From assembly GCA_964016885.1 (NCBI GenBank), contig OZ024742.1:249488001-249552000 (forward strand): a stretch of 64,000 bases of DNA, written 5' to 3'. The first letter of the stretch is position 1, and each line of letters begins with the position of its first letter. Source of the stretch: Eledone cirrhosa (taxonomy: Eukaryota). The notes below the pieces were generated by a model that was not told where the DNA came from, did no database searches, and worked only from the letters and a program-made list of their open reading frames with translations. Shown one piece after another: positions 13,655 through 26,997 of the stretch. A program made the translations under genes and the position numbers.

Positions 13655-13940
13655 CATTTACGGGGTCGATAAAATAAAGTACCAGTAATACACTGGGTAA
13701 TTGCTGGCCTTGTGCCTAACGTAGAAACAATTATTATTATTACGATTGGCGGTGGATTGGCAGTATCGGTAGAGGGTTGGACGGCATGCTTTCCAGCATA
13801 GTTACGTCCCTTTACGATCTGAGTTCAAATCCCGCCTAGGTTAACTTTGCCTTTCATCCTTACGGGGTCGATAACATAAAGCACCAGTAATGCACTGGGG
13901 TAATTACTGGCCTTGAGCCAAAAGTAGAAAGAATTATTAC
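13655..13940 (+). mobile_element. Family-A SINEs (3' half plus full-length copy)
   Basis: ggcggtggattggcagtatcggtag...gttcaaatcc...gtagaaa at 13748-13935; 3' half at 13655-13742. Confidence 0.9.
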
Positions 13941-14347
13941 TGGTATTATGGTTGCCATTAATACATAACGCTCTGTACCTGAACAGTGAGGGAGTAAATT
14001 CAATAATGTGTTATGAAACAAAGCTATTTATCTAATAAACCTCCACCATATTTTCATGTAATGAGTTTTCTTCCAAACATCATCTTTATAATGAGAATGT
14101 TAATTATTGTATAATATCAATTCCTTGCATATTTTTTTTTAGATAAATTTGAAATCATATGCAGGGCCTTAAACATGTAAAACATATGGCTTAACATATC
14201 TTTATATCACAATCATTCCATCATAATTTTATATAAGAATTTTAATATAGTATGTTCCAAACACCATCATATGCTGAGAAAGTTAGTTATATTATGGAAA
14301 ATGGGAAAAAAGAAAAAACGACCCTTAAATATATTTTCAATGTCACC

Positions 14348-14404
<57 letters not shown>

Positions 14405-14418
<14 letters not shown>

Positions 14419-15591
14419 TGAGGATGTCTGTCTGTATGTGTGTGAGTTTGAATCCTAAAACTCGAGAACCACCCAACCAACTGTTTTCAAACTTTACACA
14501 TGTAATACTTATGATTCAGGGAGTGTTCTGAGCAAAACAAATTTCAAATTTTCTATGCTTTATTAGGCGATTTAGCGATCTCTCTCTATAATTCTTAGTC
14601 TTTCGCTTTTTAAATAGATACATACATATAACGTTGCGCCGTTATAATATCTGTCTGTATGTCTGGCTGTCTACATTACGTCACTTCCCTGAGGATGACT
14701 GTCTGTGTGTGTGCGTGTGTGTATCTGTGAGTTTGAATCCCTAAAACTCGAGAAGTACCCAATCGACTTTTTTCAAACTTTACATGTGAAATTACTTATA
14801 TTTCAAGGAGTGTTATGCACATAAAATTCAACTTTTTGATCCCCGAGGGCCCGCATTAGTTAAAAAAACTACCTTTTTTCAGGTTTTTAGGGGTTTTTTT
14901 GAGTCGTTACGTCAGACCGATTTCCTTGAGATTGTAACTATGTATTAGTCAGTCTCTTCTTCATACCGTGAGCAAAGAAAATCCAACTTTTTTATGGCAT
15001 TAGGTGAAAAACTTCATTTATTCCGCTTTTTAGTGCTTTTTTGAGGCGTTGCGTCTAGCAGATTTTTTCCGAAATTTCAAGGCATATTATGCACATAAAA
15101 AAATGCAACTTTTTGATCCCATTAGGCCCGCATTAGGTGAAAAACTGCGTTTTTTCAGGTTTTTAAGGGTTTTTTGAGTCGTCACGTAAGAGCGATTTCA
15201 TTGAAATTGTAACTATGCATTAGTCAGTCTCTTTTTCATGCCCTGAGCAAAGAAAATCCAACTTTTTATGGCCTAGGGCCCGCATTAGGGGAAAAACTTC
15301 ATTTTTTCGGTTTTTTAGGGGTTTTTGAGGCGTTACGTCTAGCAGATTTTCCCGAAATTTCAAGGCATATTATGCATATAAAAAAAAAATTCATTTTCTT
15401 GATCCGCATTAGGTGAAAACCTGCATTTTTCCTGCTTCATCGAGGAAAATCTTAAAGATTATCCAGCCATCAGAGTATTCAGTTTATTTTCTTTACATAT
15501 TGTCCACGCATGCAGTTTTTCCACTATTAGGTCTGTTGGTGGCCTGGGTTCCAAAATACCTTATCCCCTGCAACGCCGGGTACCCCTGCTA

Positions 15592-15592
<1 letters not shown>
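14405..15592 (+). mobile_element. Non-autonomous Helitron (family of 44051-44971)
   Basis: 5' tatataaaactgaggatgtctgtc; 3' hairpin ccc..caacgccggg then CTAG|T (15589-15592); internal subrepeats; no TSD. Confidence 0.8.
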
Positions 15593-15623
<31 letters not shown>

Positions 15624-15687
15624 CAGTTTTGTATTACATTGTATATACATATATATCTGTGCGTATGTGTGTATGTGTGCATGTATG

Positions 15688-15721
<34 letters not shown>

Positions 15722-16165
15722 TATGTATGTGTGTATGTATGTATGTATGCATGTATGTATGTATGAGGTATAATTCAATCAGCTGAAACCATAAGAGCGA
15801 AACTAAGTTTTCATCATAGTTGAGTGAAGTTATTTTACTCCCTTTCTAGTATTGAATTCTTTTTAATCTCGCATCTCTATCACTGACACAGAGACGTACA
15901 CCACTCCAAGTATCTCTTGTTGCCTGCCTGTCACAGTAAATAGTTCGTTGACAAATATCTAACCGTGCCACCATTATTATAACCGCAGCTCCCAATAGAC
16001 TACCTACCCCCTTCTCTGCCTCCTATTCCTCCCCATCATCTACATCAATGCCCCAGTGGATCTAAAAATCAACAGCGCAGAAGTCCCTAAATAAACAGCA
16101 GCTATTGTTCATTATTTCAATTATAAAGCATAAAGCAGTCTACCATATCTCTCTCTCATGCACAA

Positions 16166-16291
<126 letters not shown>

Positions 16292-16299
16292 TATATATG

Positions 16300-16360
<61 letters not shown>

Positions 16361-16531
16361 TAGACATACACACATATTCACTTATGCACACACTCTCTCT
16401 CTCTCCCCTACCTTCTCTCCGTATCGCTCTCTGTCAATCTCTCTATGTCTGTTTTTATCCCTCTCTTTATATAATTCTCTATTTTTTTTTATCTATATAG
16501 CAATCTCTCCCCCCCCCTCCCCCCTCTCTCC

Positions 16532-16603
<72 letters not shown>

Positions 16604-17017
16604 TAGTTTTACGCTTTTCAGTTTATCACAAGTAAGGAGAAATCCGTTTCTAACCCCACAACAAGACTCTATTATGGGAATTTAGATATCAACTAGGCAA
16701 TTATGTACGTCTGCCTGCATGTGTGTATATATGTAGGTTGGGATGTCATTAGATCTATATTTTGAGTGATATGTTCATATCGGCATATAAGTCTATATTC
16801 ATAATAGTTTATATGCAGTTATCACATGTACGCTTCTATTCTAATATCAAACTAACCGTGTTCTTTCTGTTTCTGTGAAACTCAACTTCTGAAGATTTGC
16901 TGAGGTCATTAGTAACATATTCATACCTCATTGATCACAAGTACAAATCTAAGGCTGTAGCGTGGTATTTGCAGGTTTTTTATACTTCAGTTAATATATT
17001 TTGTTTGTATGTGTGTG

Positions 17018-17082
<65 letters not shown>

Positions 17083-17336
17083 GTGGGCTCTTCGTGTGGT
17101 GGGTAGGGTATAAATGAAATTTTGGCTGTCACGTGAACAAGTTTTCATTAAAGTTCGCGCCCGTATTTGGAAATCTATTCTGTAGCCTTCTTAGAGAATT
17201 TTATGACAAGCAAAAGATAATGGTCAAGAGAAATGGGATGGGAAAATTGTTCTGGTTCAGTGAATATGGTTAGTTCGCTGGGGTGTATTTCTATTGAAAT
17301 AAAGAAAGTAAAGAAATGTATGCTTATTTGTATGCT

Positions 17337-17367
<31 letters not shown>

Positions 17368-17585
17368 TGGAAGATGATTCTCTTAGTAGAAATGGGGTGG
17401 GAGTGTGTGTGTGTGTATATGGGTGTTACGTGTGTGTGTAGATGTGAGAAAAACCACAGACCCTCCTTCTCAACTCTACTTTTGAAAAGCAGAAGAACTG
17501 CTAAACCGGTAAAGTGTAACCAAATAAATATATATATATTTTTTTATTTTAAATAAGACTCCAGTTGCATTTTCGATTTCATCTC

Positions 17586-17659
<74 letters not shown>

Positions 17660-18289
17660 TATGTATGTGCAAATATATAAATATGTATGTGCAAATATAT
17701 ATATATATATATACAAGTGGAAGTTTAGTAAAATAGAAGCTCTGGCTGTGGCCAGGCTAACGACCTACAATTAGGAATGAACTGCTAAGCACTCAATAAG
17801 GCCTTAGTCTAATAACATACGTTTAGACACCTTGACAAATTGAAAATTGCGGCAGGCAAACCTAGCCTCACAATACCAAAAACAAAGAAAAAACTAATCT
17901 GATTAGTCAACTGACCTGGATATATCGAACGATAATTTGCCATACGTCCGATAGGTTTCTATGAATCCAATATCATCCGTCCAGCTTATGTAATATGCAA
18001 GCCTGATATATATATATATATATATATATCACATGATTGTCATCAACTAGCCAAGTTACATTTTAAAGAAATAGTAATCTCAGTCACTTTTTCGTATAGA
18101 ACAAATAATTTTCAAACTCCAACTAGATGCGAGACAAATTCATGACAGAAACAATGCCTCTATCTCAATTTTATTTTTGAAAATCATACGACCCGTGAAT
18201 AAATATTCTTAAAAGACTCCAGTTGCATTTTTAGTTTCTTTTCCTCATATATTTAACCGTGCAGGACATTAAAAAAAAAGTAACTTTCT

Positions 18290-18351
<62 letters not shown>

Positions 18352-18558
18352 TATATTTATATATATAATGTAGAAGGTGAGTAATATTGTAGAACAATAA
18401 AACTAAGCATATATCAGATTAATATCACTCAACAGTTGGTAGAACCGGAGTATATATTAAAGAAGAAATTAAAAGATATATTAGAAATGAAATAAAAAAT
18501 ATGTAGTTTGAACACTTTCTTGTTGACAAGTGTTTTTAGGCCACATATCATGTTACCT

Positions 18559-18628
18559 TATTTTAACTGATGAGAACACACTTTTTGTCCCAGGATAATG
18601 TTGTTTTCGAAATGCGCATAATAAAATA
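18559..18628 (+). ncRNA. Type I hammerhead motif
   Basis: tattttaa-CTGATGA (18567)-gaacac...gttttc-GAAAT (18609)-gcgc-ATA-ataaaata. Confidence 0.7.
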
Positions 18629-18661
18629 TATGGAACTTTTTTAACCATCTTTTAATCTTTT

Positions 18662-18694
<33 letters not shown>

Positions 18695-18811
18695 CTTTAT
18701 AACTTGTAAGTTGAATATGTATATATATATATATATATATAAATTGTAAGTTGCATATGTATATATGTATATATATATAGTTAAAAGAATAGAGGTGTAA
18801 CACACAAGTTA

Positions 18812-19177
18812 TTATATATTGGTAAACGGAATAGAAAATGCTGACAAATTGTTCACAGTGAAAAATAGTTTAATTAGGAATAAATGAGAATTAGTAATTG
18901 TATTGGTTAGTATTCAGTTTTTGTTTTAAGTTTTACCGGTTGCGCATTTCTAAATACTTTTCATTGAGATAGAGCGTACGTGATGTTTGCTCAGATCAGA
19001 GCAAACATCACGGACGCTCTATCTCAAAATTATTTTTGAAAAGTATTTAGAAATGCGCAACCGGTAAAACTTAAAACCAAAACTGAATACTAACCAATAC
19101 AATTACTAATTCTCATTTATACCTAATTAAACTATTTTTCACTGTGAACAATTTGTCAGCATTTTCTATTCCGTTTA

Positions 19178-19187
<10 letters not shown>
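18812..19187. repeat. Long fold-back palindrome (~180 bp arms), probably pseudo-LTR derived
   Basis: Arms near-perfect, centre ttgctc-agatca-gagcaa at about 18993; only a degenerate GAAAT-gcgc motif; lies next to (TA)n. Confidence 0.9.
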
Positions 19188-19222
<35 letters not shown>

Positions 19223-19225
19223 TTA

Positions 19226-19302
<77 letters not shown>

Positions 19303-19310
<8 letters not shown>

Positions 19311-20186
19311 AACAAGGGGAAGAAGAATACTGCATGGTTGCACATGGATTACATATTATAAAATTAGTCCCTCATCAGTGATTTTGCCAACCATCATTGG
19401 TATTTCATCGCATTAAAAATCAGATACCTCAGGTTGGTGCGAGCAATAACTAAATTAAGCTATTGGGACAAGTGAAACGCGTAAAGCGAGTGAGACAAGT
19501 AAACAACAGAAGGAAAAGCAAACCAAAGGTTGGACAACAGCAAGCCACATGGTAGTTATCCGATCAGCATAAGCTGGGTGAATTTCATGAGCGGTCAAAG
19601 AAGCAGACCGTACGCCGTGAGTGCGGTGGGAGAAAGAAGGAACCCCACTAGTAGCGAACGGGAGAAAGTGAGAAGGGGAGAAACAGAGAGTGAGTGAGTG
19701 GAAGTGCGAGGAAGAGGTCAGTCGAGAGAAAAAGTGTAACTGACAGAGAGGGTGAAAGAAGATAAGAGAAACAGAGAATGGGGGAGCAGTAGGAGAGAAA
19801 GAGAGAAACAGATAATCGCAGTTTAGGTAAATATATATGAAAAGCAAGGGGAAGAAGAATACTGCATGGTTGCACATGGATTACATATTATAAAATTAGT
19901 CCCTCATCAGTGATTTTGCCAACCATCATTGGTATTTCATCGCATTAAAAATCAGATACCTCAGGTTGGTGCGAGCAATAACTAAAATAAGCTATTGGGA
20001 CAAGTGAAACGCGTAAAGCGAGTGAGACAAGTAAACAACAGAAGGAAAAGCAAACCAAAGGTTGGAAAACAGCAAGCCACATGGTAGTTATCCTATCAGC
20101 ATAAGCTGGGTGAATTTCATGCACGGTCAGAGAAGCAGACCGTACGCCATGAGTGCGGTGTGAGAAAGAAGGAACCCCACTAGTAG
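19303..20186. repeat. ORF-less partial tandem element (~350 bp direct repeats, 532 bp period)
   Basis: ctcatcagtg at 19371 and about 19902; both copies end ccccactagtag; (TA)n on both sides. Confidence 0.9.
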
Positions 20187-20214
20187 TATATATATATATA
20201 TATATATATATATA

Positions 20215-20412
20215 GGAAAATGTTCAAGTCCCGACGGCAGAGCTCAAGCCGTTTCGAGGGCTATTTCTGGACTGTCCAGAAATAACCGTCGAAACGGCTT
20301 GAGTTCTGCCGTCGGGGTCTTGAACCTTTTCCTATTTCCCACACTACTACCCAAAGTATTGAGTACTCTGGTGCGTTACGGTCCACCTGGTTCCTTACCA
20401 CACTTCCTTCGT
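20215..20412 (+). mobile_element. Fold-back pseudo-LTR-like element (59 bp arms) with extended-stem-III HHR motif
   Basis: Palindrome 20215-20333; GAAAC-ggc-ttgagttct-gcc-GTC at 20291-20313. Confidence 0.7.
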
Positions 20413-20477
20413 TATATATGTATATATATATATATATACTAATTTAAGAAGAAGCAACAATGATTCAAGGCATTGTC

Positions 20478-20621
20478 AAACTGACATGTTTCTGCCAGCC
20501 TAAACTCATCCTATGGTCATAGAGTTATAATTCCCAAACTTCAAAATTTTAAATTTCTAAATGATATAATTTTATACCTTGACCTTCGGGAGTTAGTTCA
20601 AGGTTGGCATCATCAGGGTTT
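20478..20621 (-). ncRNA. Type I hammerhead with ~100-nt stem II loop
   Basis: Minus strand: aaacc-CTGATGA-tgccaacct...aggctggca-GAAAC-at-GTC-agttt. Confidence 0.75.
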
Positions 20622-21558
20622 ATTTATGCCGCATCAATATTTTACATAGGTTGACAGTTCATTACTCATATATCATTCACTATAACACCAGATTACAAGA
20701 ATACGCAAGAAAATTCAAGGTCTCCAAAACCTTCAGAGAATCTTCATAAGAAATCGATTAAGATGTCTTTAAAAATTCTTAATAAAAACGTTTAACAAAC
20801 GATATCAAAATAAAAGCTTCCAGAGGCCATTCAAAAATAGTTTGAATGTAGTAATGGTGTAGGAATGACAGGTTTTGTAAGATGTGTAGAGAGGAAGGTT
20901 TTCTATGAATCATGATTAAATGAAGTTTCTCGTTAATGAAATCATGAGAATATACCTAAAGTAAAGCAATAGACATATTTATAACTTGCTTTGGCGACAT
21001 CAATAGTTACTGTAGTTGGAAACACTCCTGAATTAAATTTAAATGTTACGATTATTTTAGAATAGTAAAGTTATGTGTTTATTTATTTACTGATCAATCA
21101 AAATTGGTATAACGCTGGTATAAAGAGAATCAAAACCAGAAAAGAAAACAATGGAAACACGTCTATACTAGGCTGCGGTTGACGGAAAAGAGGCTGTCGT
21201 TTATTCTGACGGAAACAGCAGCAGTAGTACGCGAGAAGACAGCGGAAGTAGCAGCAATGGTGGTAGCTGTATAAGAGAGGGGTGGTACATATATATGTAT
21301 GTACATGAAACATTGTCAGCGAATAAAAATTGATTGATGATATAAGCACTCTTTGTTTTCTTTTCCTATAACGGCTCTGTTTTCGTACATTCAGCTAACA
21401 AGATACTGTCACAAGTAATACACAATGCGTGTGTGTTCTTTTACACATACGTTCTGCTATCTAAGCATAATATATATGTATGTATGTATATACATATATA
21501 TACGTGTATGAATGTATATGCATATATGTGTCTATGTATATAAGTATTGATTTATTTG

Positions 21559-21641
<83 letters not shown>

Positions 21642-21890
21642 AGAGAGTACGAGAGAGAGAGAGAGTTTGCGGTGCTGAGACCGAGGAGAGCACTAATCGT
21701 TGGGGTACTCAATGCATGAGGGGATTCAGAATGGGGAGAGAGATATTTAAAATACCGACCGTGGTTCCAAACGGTTTCGACTTGAGTGTTCAGTAAGCCT
21801 AATCGTGGCTGTAGTCTTGAAAAGCTTGATGAACACACAAGATGAAACACCTTGGAGCCGTGGTTGTGACCTTATCTTTCTCTCTCTTCT

Positions 21891-21947
<57 letters not shown>

Positions 21948-22434
21948 CACAATAATGAAAATTATGTTCAAATCATTTTATTGCTGACAATCGTTTCTTC
22001 CAAACTTTCGTTTGGACATATAATTAACTTCCTATTCAACTGAACAATCATATAGATACATGGATATTAATATATTAATGTTGTCATCAACAGTTTCGTA
22101 TTTACAGAGTGGAATGGATGTGACAGAGATTACAAGAGAATTGTATAATAATTTAAGAGGCACAGAGTGGAATGCATGTGACAGAGATTACAAGAGAATA
22201 GTATAATAATTAAAGCAGTATAGAGAGTGCAAATGCATATACAGGAAGTTAGGTAGGAAACAATCAAAGGTACTAGGCATATATAATTACTGCATGGCAA
22301 ATGTATCACATAAAATAACATAGGTTTACAAGCATATCAAGCAGGCAAAGGTGTTTTTGTATTAAAATTATGAGTTTATGGTGGATGTAGTGTGATAATT
22401 GTTTCTGTAATGTTCAAATGTGCATGTATTGAGA

Positions 22435-22622
22435 GTATTATCGGTAGAGGGTCGGAAGCCATGCTTTCCAGCATAGTTACGTCCCTTTACGATCTGAGTT
22501 CAAATCCCGCCGAGGTTGACTTTGCCTTTCATCCTTACGGGGTCGATAAAATAAAGTACCAGTAATGCACTGGGTAATTGCTGGCCTTGTGCCTAAGTAG
22601 AAACAATTATTATTATTGTTAT
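22435..22622 (+). mobile_element. Family-A SINE
   Basis: Consensus body and (att)n tail. Confidence 0.9.
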
Positions 22623-22623
22623 G

Positions 22624-22920
22624 TTTTCCATTACATTGGTTATATTTTATTTTAGTGAGTGTTTATACTAAGATACAGCTATGGATTGTATATTGGTCCT
22701 ATTATACTGTTATCCCGGTTTCTAGTTGTTCTGGTGTGATTCTTCCAACGGTTTAATTTCCGGAAGTGAGTTTGAGATTTATATTAAGGGGAGCTAATGT
22801 GAAAGGGGAGGTAATTAGCGATTAATTTGTATAGGACAGAAAAAAATAGAAAATACAATCCATAGCTGTATCTTATTATAAACACTCACTAAAATAAAAT
22901 ATAACCAATGTAATGGAAAA
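22624..22920. repeat. Inverted repeat, ~67 bp arms with ~165 bp spacer
   Basis: ttttccattacattgg...ggattgtat versus atacaatcc...ccaatgtaatggaaaa. Confidence 0.85.
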
Positions 22921-22991
22921 GATAATAATAAATTACTGACCTTTCCTGTTTATAGTTATATATAGCGTATATATAACTATAAATAATATTA

Positions 22992-23169
22992 TGGCGGTGG
23001 ATTGGCAGTATCGTTAGAGGGTCGAACGCCATGCTTTGACGCAAAGAGTTACGTTTTTTTTAGGATCTAAGTTCAAATACCACCGAGGTTAACTTTGCTT
23101 TTCATCTTTACAGGGTCGATAACATTAAGTACCAGTAATGTACTGGGTAATTGCTGGCCTTGTGCAAAC

Positions 23170-23173
<4 letters not shown>
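22992..23173 (+). mobile_element. Family-A SINE
   Basis: Full head ggcggtggattggcagtatcg, B-box and tail. Confidence 0.9.
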
Positions 23174-23213
<40 letters not shown>

Positions 23214-24003
23214 CAAATTAAAACGTCGAGTTAAAAACTCGCGTGCGTGTGTCTGTGTGTTTGTTTGCGTGAGTGTGTGCGTGTGTTTCATTGGTCTTGA
23301 TTGTACTTGGATATCGTTACAAGAAAACAATTTCAAATAATTCAATTAACCCTACACAACTGTGTAGATGTATCGATTTATCGATTTATCAATTTCGCGA
23401 AGGCAGCGCTAATAATGTTAATGTGAAATCCGACAAAGTTTAGTTAACTAGTCGTTTTCTCACTTTGTCGGTCACCACCGAGAAATCTGTTCTGCTTGAT
23501 ATTCGGAATGGAAAATACCGTGGAAATACCATGCATTAACTAATCGATTTTTTGTGTGCTAATCGTCATTAAGAGCTCTGATGACCTTGACCTTCACTGA
23601 GATTTTTCTCCGCCAAATAGCAACGGTGGCAACAGGTCTGAGGACGGCCTTACTCCGTGTGGTCGATATCTAATGCAGCGAATACCTCTGGTTGCTCTCC
23701 CTGGCAACGTTTTCGTGGTTTTGTCCTCGGGGTGCAGCTGAGAATTACCGTCCTGCTAAGGTAGAAGAATTATCTACCCAACCTATTCGCACACACCACT
23801 TTTAAATTTTTCCTATTTTTTTCTATTTCTTTGTGTCATAACGATATTTTCGTCACTTAGATTACCAAAATTTGGGGAATTCAGTGAAGGGAACGAAACA
23901 ATGTCTTCAACAATTCGTACGTGTGTCTTCCAGCAGACTATTTCTGCGGCTCACTAACATAAACAAATATCTGAAGTGGCAGATTTATGCAGAAAAAAGT
24001 ACT

Positions 24004-24005
<2 letters not shown>

Positions 24006-24035
<30 letters not shown>

Positions 24036-24270
24036 AAGAAGAAGAAGAAGAAGAAGAAGAAGAAGAAGAAGGAGGAGGAGGAGGATGAGGAGGAGAAGAA
24101 GAAGAAGAAGAAGAAGAAGAAGAAGAAGAAGAAGAAGAAGAAGAAGAAGAAGAAGAAGAAGAAGAAGAAGAAGAAGAAGGAGGAGGAGGAGAAGAAGAAG
24201 AAGAAGAAGAAGAAGAAGAAGAAGAAGAAGAAGAAGAAGAAGAAGAAGAAGAAGAAGAAGAAGAAGAAGA
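24006..24270 (+). repeat. (GAA)n microsatellite, ~265 bp with GGA interruptions
   Basis: Seen directly. Confidence 0.98.
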
Positions 24271-24592
24271 TACGAGAGAAGGATGGAAGGAAGGAAAGAA
24301 GGTATAAGATGACATTTTGTGAACAATAATAGTTCATTGTTTGAAACAGAATTTCTCCTTAGACGGCGCAGTTGTCTCTGTATGTTTAAGTAGACAGCTT
24401 CTTTATAGGAATCATGGAATTCAGATATCGGCACTAGTGAGCGGCACTTAAGGTCAGTATCGTCTATTCGGGTGGTTTGTAGGAAGGAGCTGTGTCAACA
24501 GCTCTCTCAGTTCACTGTCATACATGTAGAAATTAATAAATTAATGCTCTTTAAATTGCGTTTAAATTGTAGCAGGGCCACATTATTTCGAA

Positions 24593-24780
24593 AGTGGTTT
24601 GGCAGTATCGGTAGAGGGCCGGACGCCATGCTTTCCAGCATAGTTACGTCCCTTTACGATCTGAGTTCAAATCCCGCCGAGGTTGACTTTGCCTTTCATC
24701 CTTACGGGGTCGATAAAATAAAAGTACCAGTAATGCACTGGGTAATTGCTGGCCTTGTGCCTAAAGTAGAAAAAATTATT
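24593..24780 (+). mobile_element. Family-A SINE
   Basis: Close to consensus. Confidence 0.9.
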
Positions 24781-24887
24781 TCGAAACACATGTGTTCCGG
24801 AAAACTGACATTCTGCGTAGGAAGGACTGGGTTCTTATCTGGAGTAAATGGTAGAGCTCATGGAACCACAGGCCCCATATACGCATT

Positions 24888-24961
<74 letters not shown>

Positions 24962-24963
24962 CA

Positions 24964-25047
<84 letters not shown>

Positions 25048-25051
25048 AATA

Positions 25052-25095
<44 letters not shown>

Positions 25096-25102
25096 ATAGA
25101 GG

Positions 25103-25380
25103 GAAGAATAACATGGTCGACAGTACAAAAACGGGTTATTTACAGTATTAACAATTGTTTCATTGAGTAGGGTGTCTAAAGATTGCTAATCACTCAATCT
25201 TAAATACATGTATGCCTAATCAAATCATCGGAATAGCAGTTATTCTGATGATTTTATTAGGCATACATTGTATTTAAGATTGAGTGACACAACTTCAAGT
25301 GATTATCAATCATTAGACACCCTAATCAATGAAACAATTGTTAATACTGTAAATAAAACCCTTTTGTACTGTTATTCTTC
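25103..25380. repeat. Fold-back palindrome carrying a hammerhead
   Basis: Arms centred at about 25238; right arm has an extra ~17 bp. Confidence 0.9.
25237..25350 (+). ncRNA. Type I hammerhead with ~60-nt stem II loop
   Basis: cagttatt-CTGATGA (25245)-ttttattagg...cctaatcaat-GAAAC (25331)-aatt-GTT-aatactg. Confidence 0.75.
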
Positions 25381-25556
25381 ACTGTGTCACTATTATTACT
25401 CCAAGATTAACCTGCATAGGGATTCCCGGGAACTCACCACCTAACTAATGAAATTTCTTGTTGAGACCAACAACGCTGTTGTACGTTAAAACTATTCACA
25501 ATACAGAGTATTCACAACCTCTAACTGGATTACCTATAACGATAATTTGTTATCCC

Positions 25557-25644
<88 letters not shown>

Positions 25645-25652
<8 letters not shown>

Positions 25653-26452
25653 CATTATAAAGAAAGAAGAAACATTAGATATAAATAAAAAGATATAATA
25701 TACCTAAATTCCTTCATTATCCTCGACTACGTAGTTTCGTGGCTATTATGCAAAACATTACATCATAGAGATGCAGTATTTTTGTGAGGTTTGCCGGCTT
25801 ATCAAGAGGATACCTCATTTAGAGTTTCAAATCACGTCCGTAGGACGCGAGATGGAACCCCGAAAGGCGGAGGGGGAACTTATCACGTGATACAGCGGTC
25901 AAGAAACAGAGCTAAGCCTCTTACAAGCAAGAGAAAAATACCACAAGGCCGTAGAAGAGTTAGCTAGTAGGGCGAGAAGTATGATTAGTGTAAGCTTAAC
26001 AGCAGTCACTATACTTCAGTGGTTACTCTACCGTAGGGAGTTATAAACAATACAAAGAAATACACGGACACATGCGAATACATACAAATACATGCATATA
26101 CCCACATATATGCATATACCCACATATATCCCTAAATGTGTGTGGTGCCAACCTTAACCGTTGTTGCTCTATGAATAATAGGGACAAAATAATCTGAATG
26201 GATTAGATTGATTCAATATCAGAGCTATATAATACATTATAAAGAAAAAAGAAACATTAGATATAAATAAAAATATATAATATACCTAAATTCCTTCATT
26301 ATCCTCGACTACGTAGTTTCGTGGCTATTATGCAAAAACATTACATCATAAAGATGCAGTATTTTTGTGAGGTTTGCCGACTTATCAAGAGGATACCTCA
26401 TCTAGAGTTTAAAAACACGTCCGTAGGACGCGATATAGAATCCCGAAAGGCG
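25645..26452 (-). mobile_element. ORF-less partial tandem element (~225 bp direct repeats, 582 bp period) with a variant HHR in each repeat
   Basis: Minus strand atcctc-TTGATAA-g...c-GAAAC-tacgta-GTC-gaggat at 25719-25811 and 26301-26394. Stem I is perfect and the core has two substitutions. Confidence 0.75.
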
Positions 26453-26997
26453 AAATCAACATCCTTCGTAACTCATATTAAAAACAACCACCTAAAACTT
26501 GAACTACTTATTTATTTATTTATTTATTTATTTATCTACATAAAACACAAAATCAACACCCTCGTAACTAATATTATAAACAACTAATAATTGCAAATTA
26601 TTTCTTCAATAAAAATACATATGCTATTATTAAAGTATATATAGATATTCATATATTTAACCCACTACAACATTATAATAAGATAAATACTTACAAACAT
26701 AATTTCTCCATGTAAATATATACATAATATAGGTAAATATTCAAATTTATTTCCTCCAAATTAACGTATATAAGTGGTCTTCTTTTTCCTTTTCCTTCTT
26801 CTATTTCCTTCTCCTCTTTTTCCTTTGCCTTTTTTTTTCTTTTTTCTTTTTTCTTCCTTTCTCTCCTGCTAATATATCTAAACTTTCCATAGCGTTTAAA
26901 ATAACGGTTTTCACAATCATATAACTCAACCTTATTTACATATTCATTTGAATACTCATCCATAAGTTTGAAAAATCCGTTCTTTAATCTCACTACC

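Noticed and set aside
13748-13830. SINE heads as tRNA genes
   Set aside because: A/B boxes are present but there is no cloverleaf; they continue into the SINE body and tail.
21982-22022. Additional HHR-like remnants (also 30752, 31494-, 41955, 59100-59150-)
   Set aside because: Only one half of the core or poor stems; plausible relics but not supportable individually.
23872-24434. Poly-R/K/S/F/L ORFs
   Set aside because: Artefacts of the (GAA)n tract.
24472-24960. 162-aa ORF (and the 184-aa ORF at 48717-49271) sharing MLSSIVT...AFHP
   Set aside because: The shared peptide is translated SINE sequence, not a gene family.
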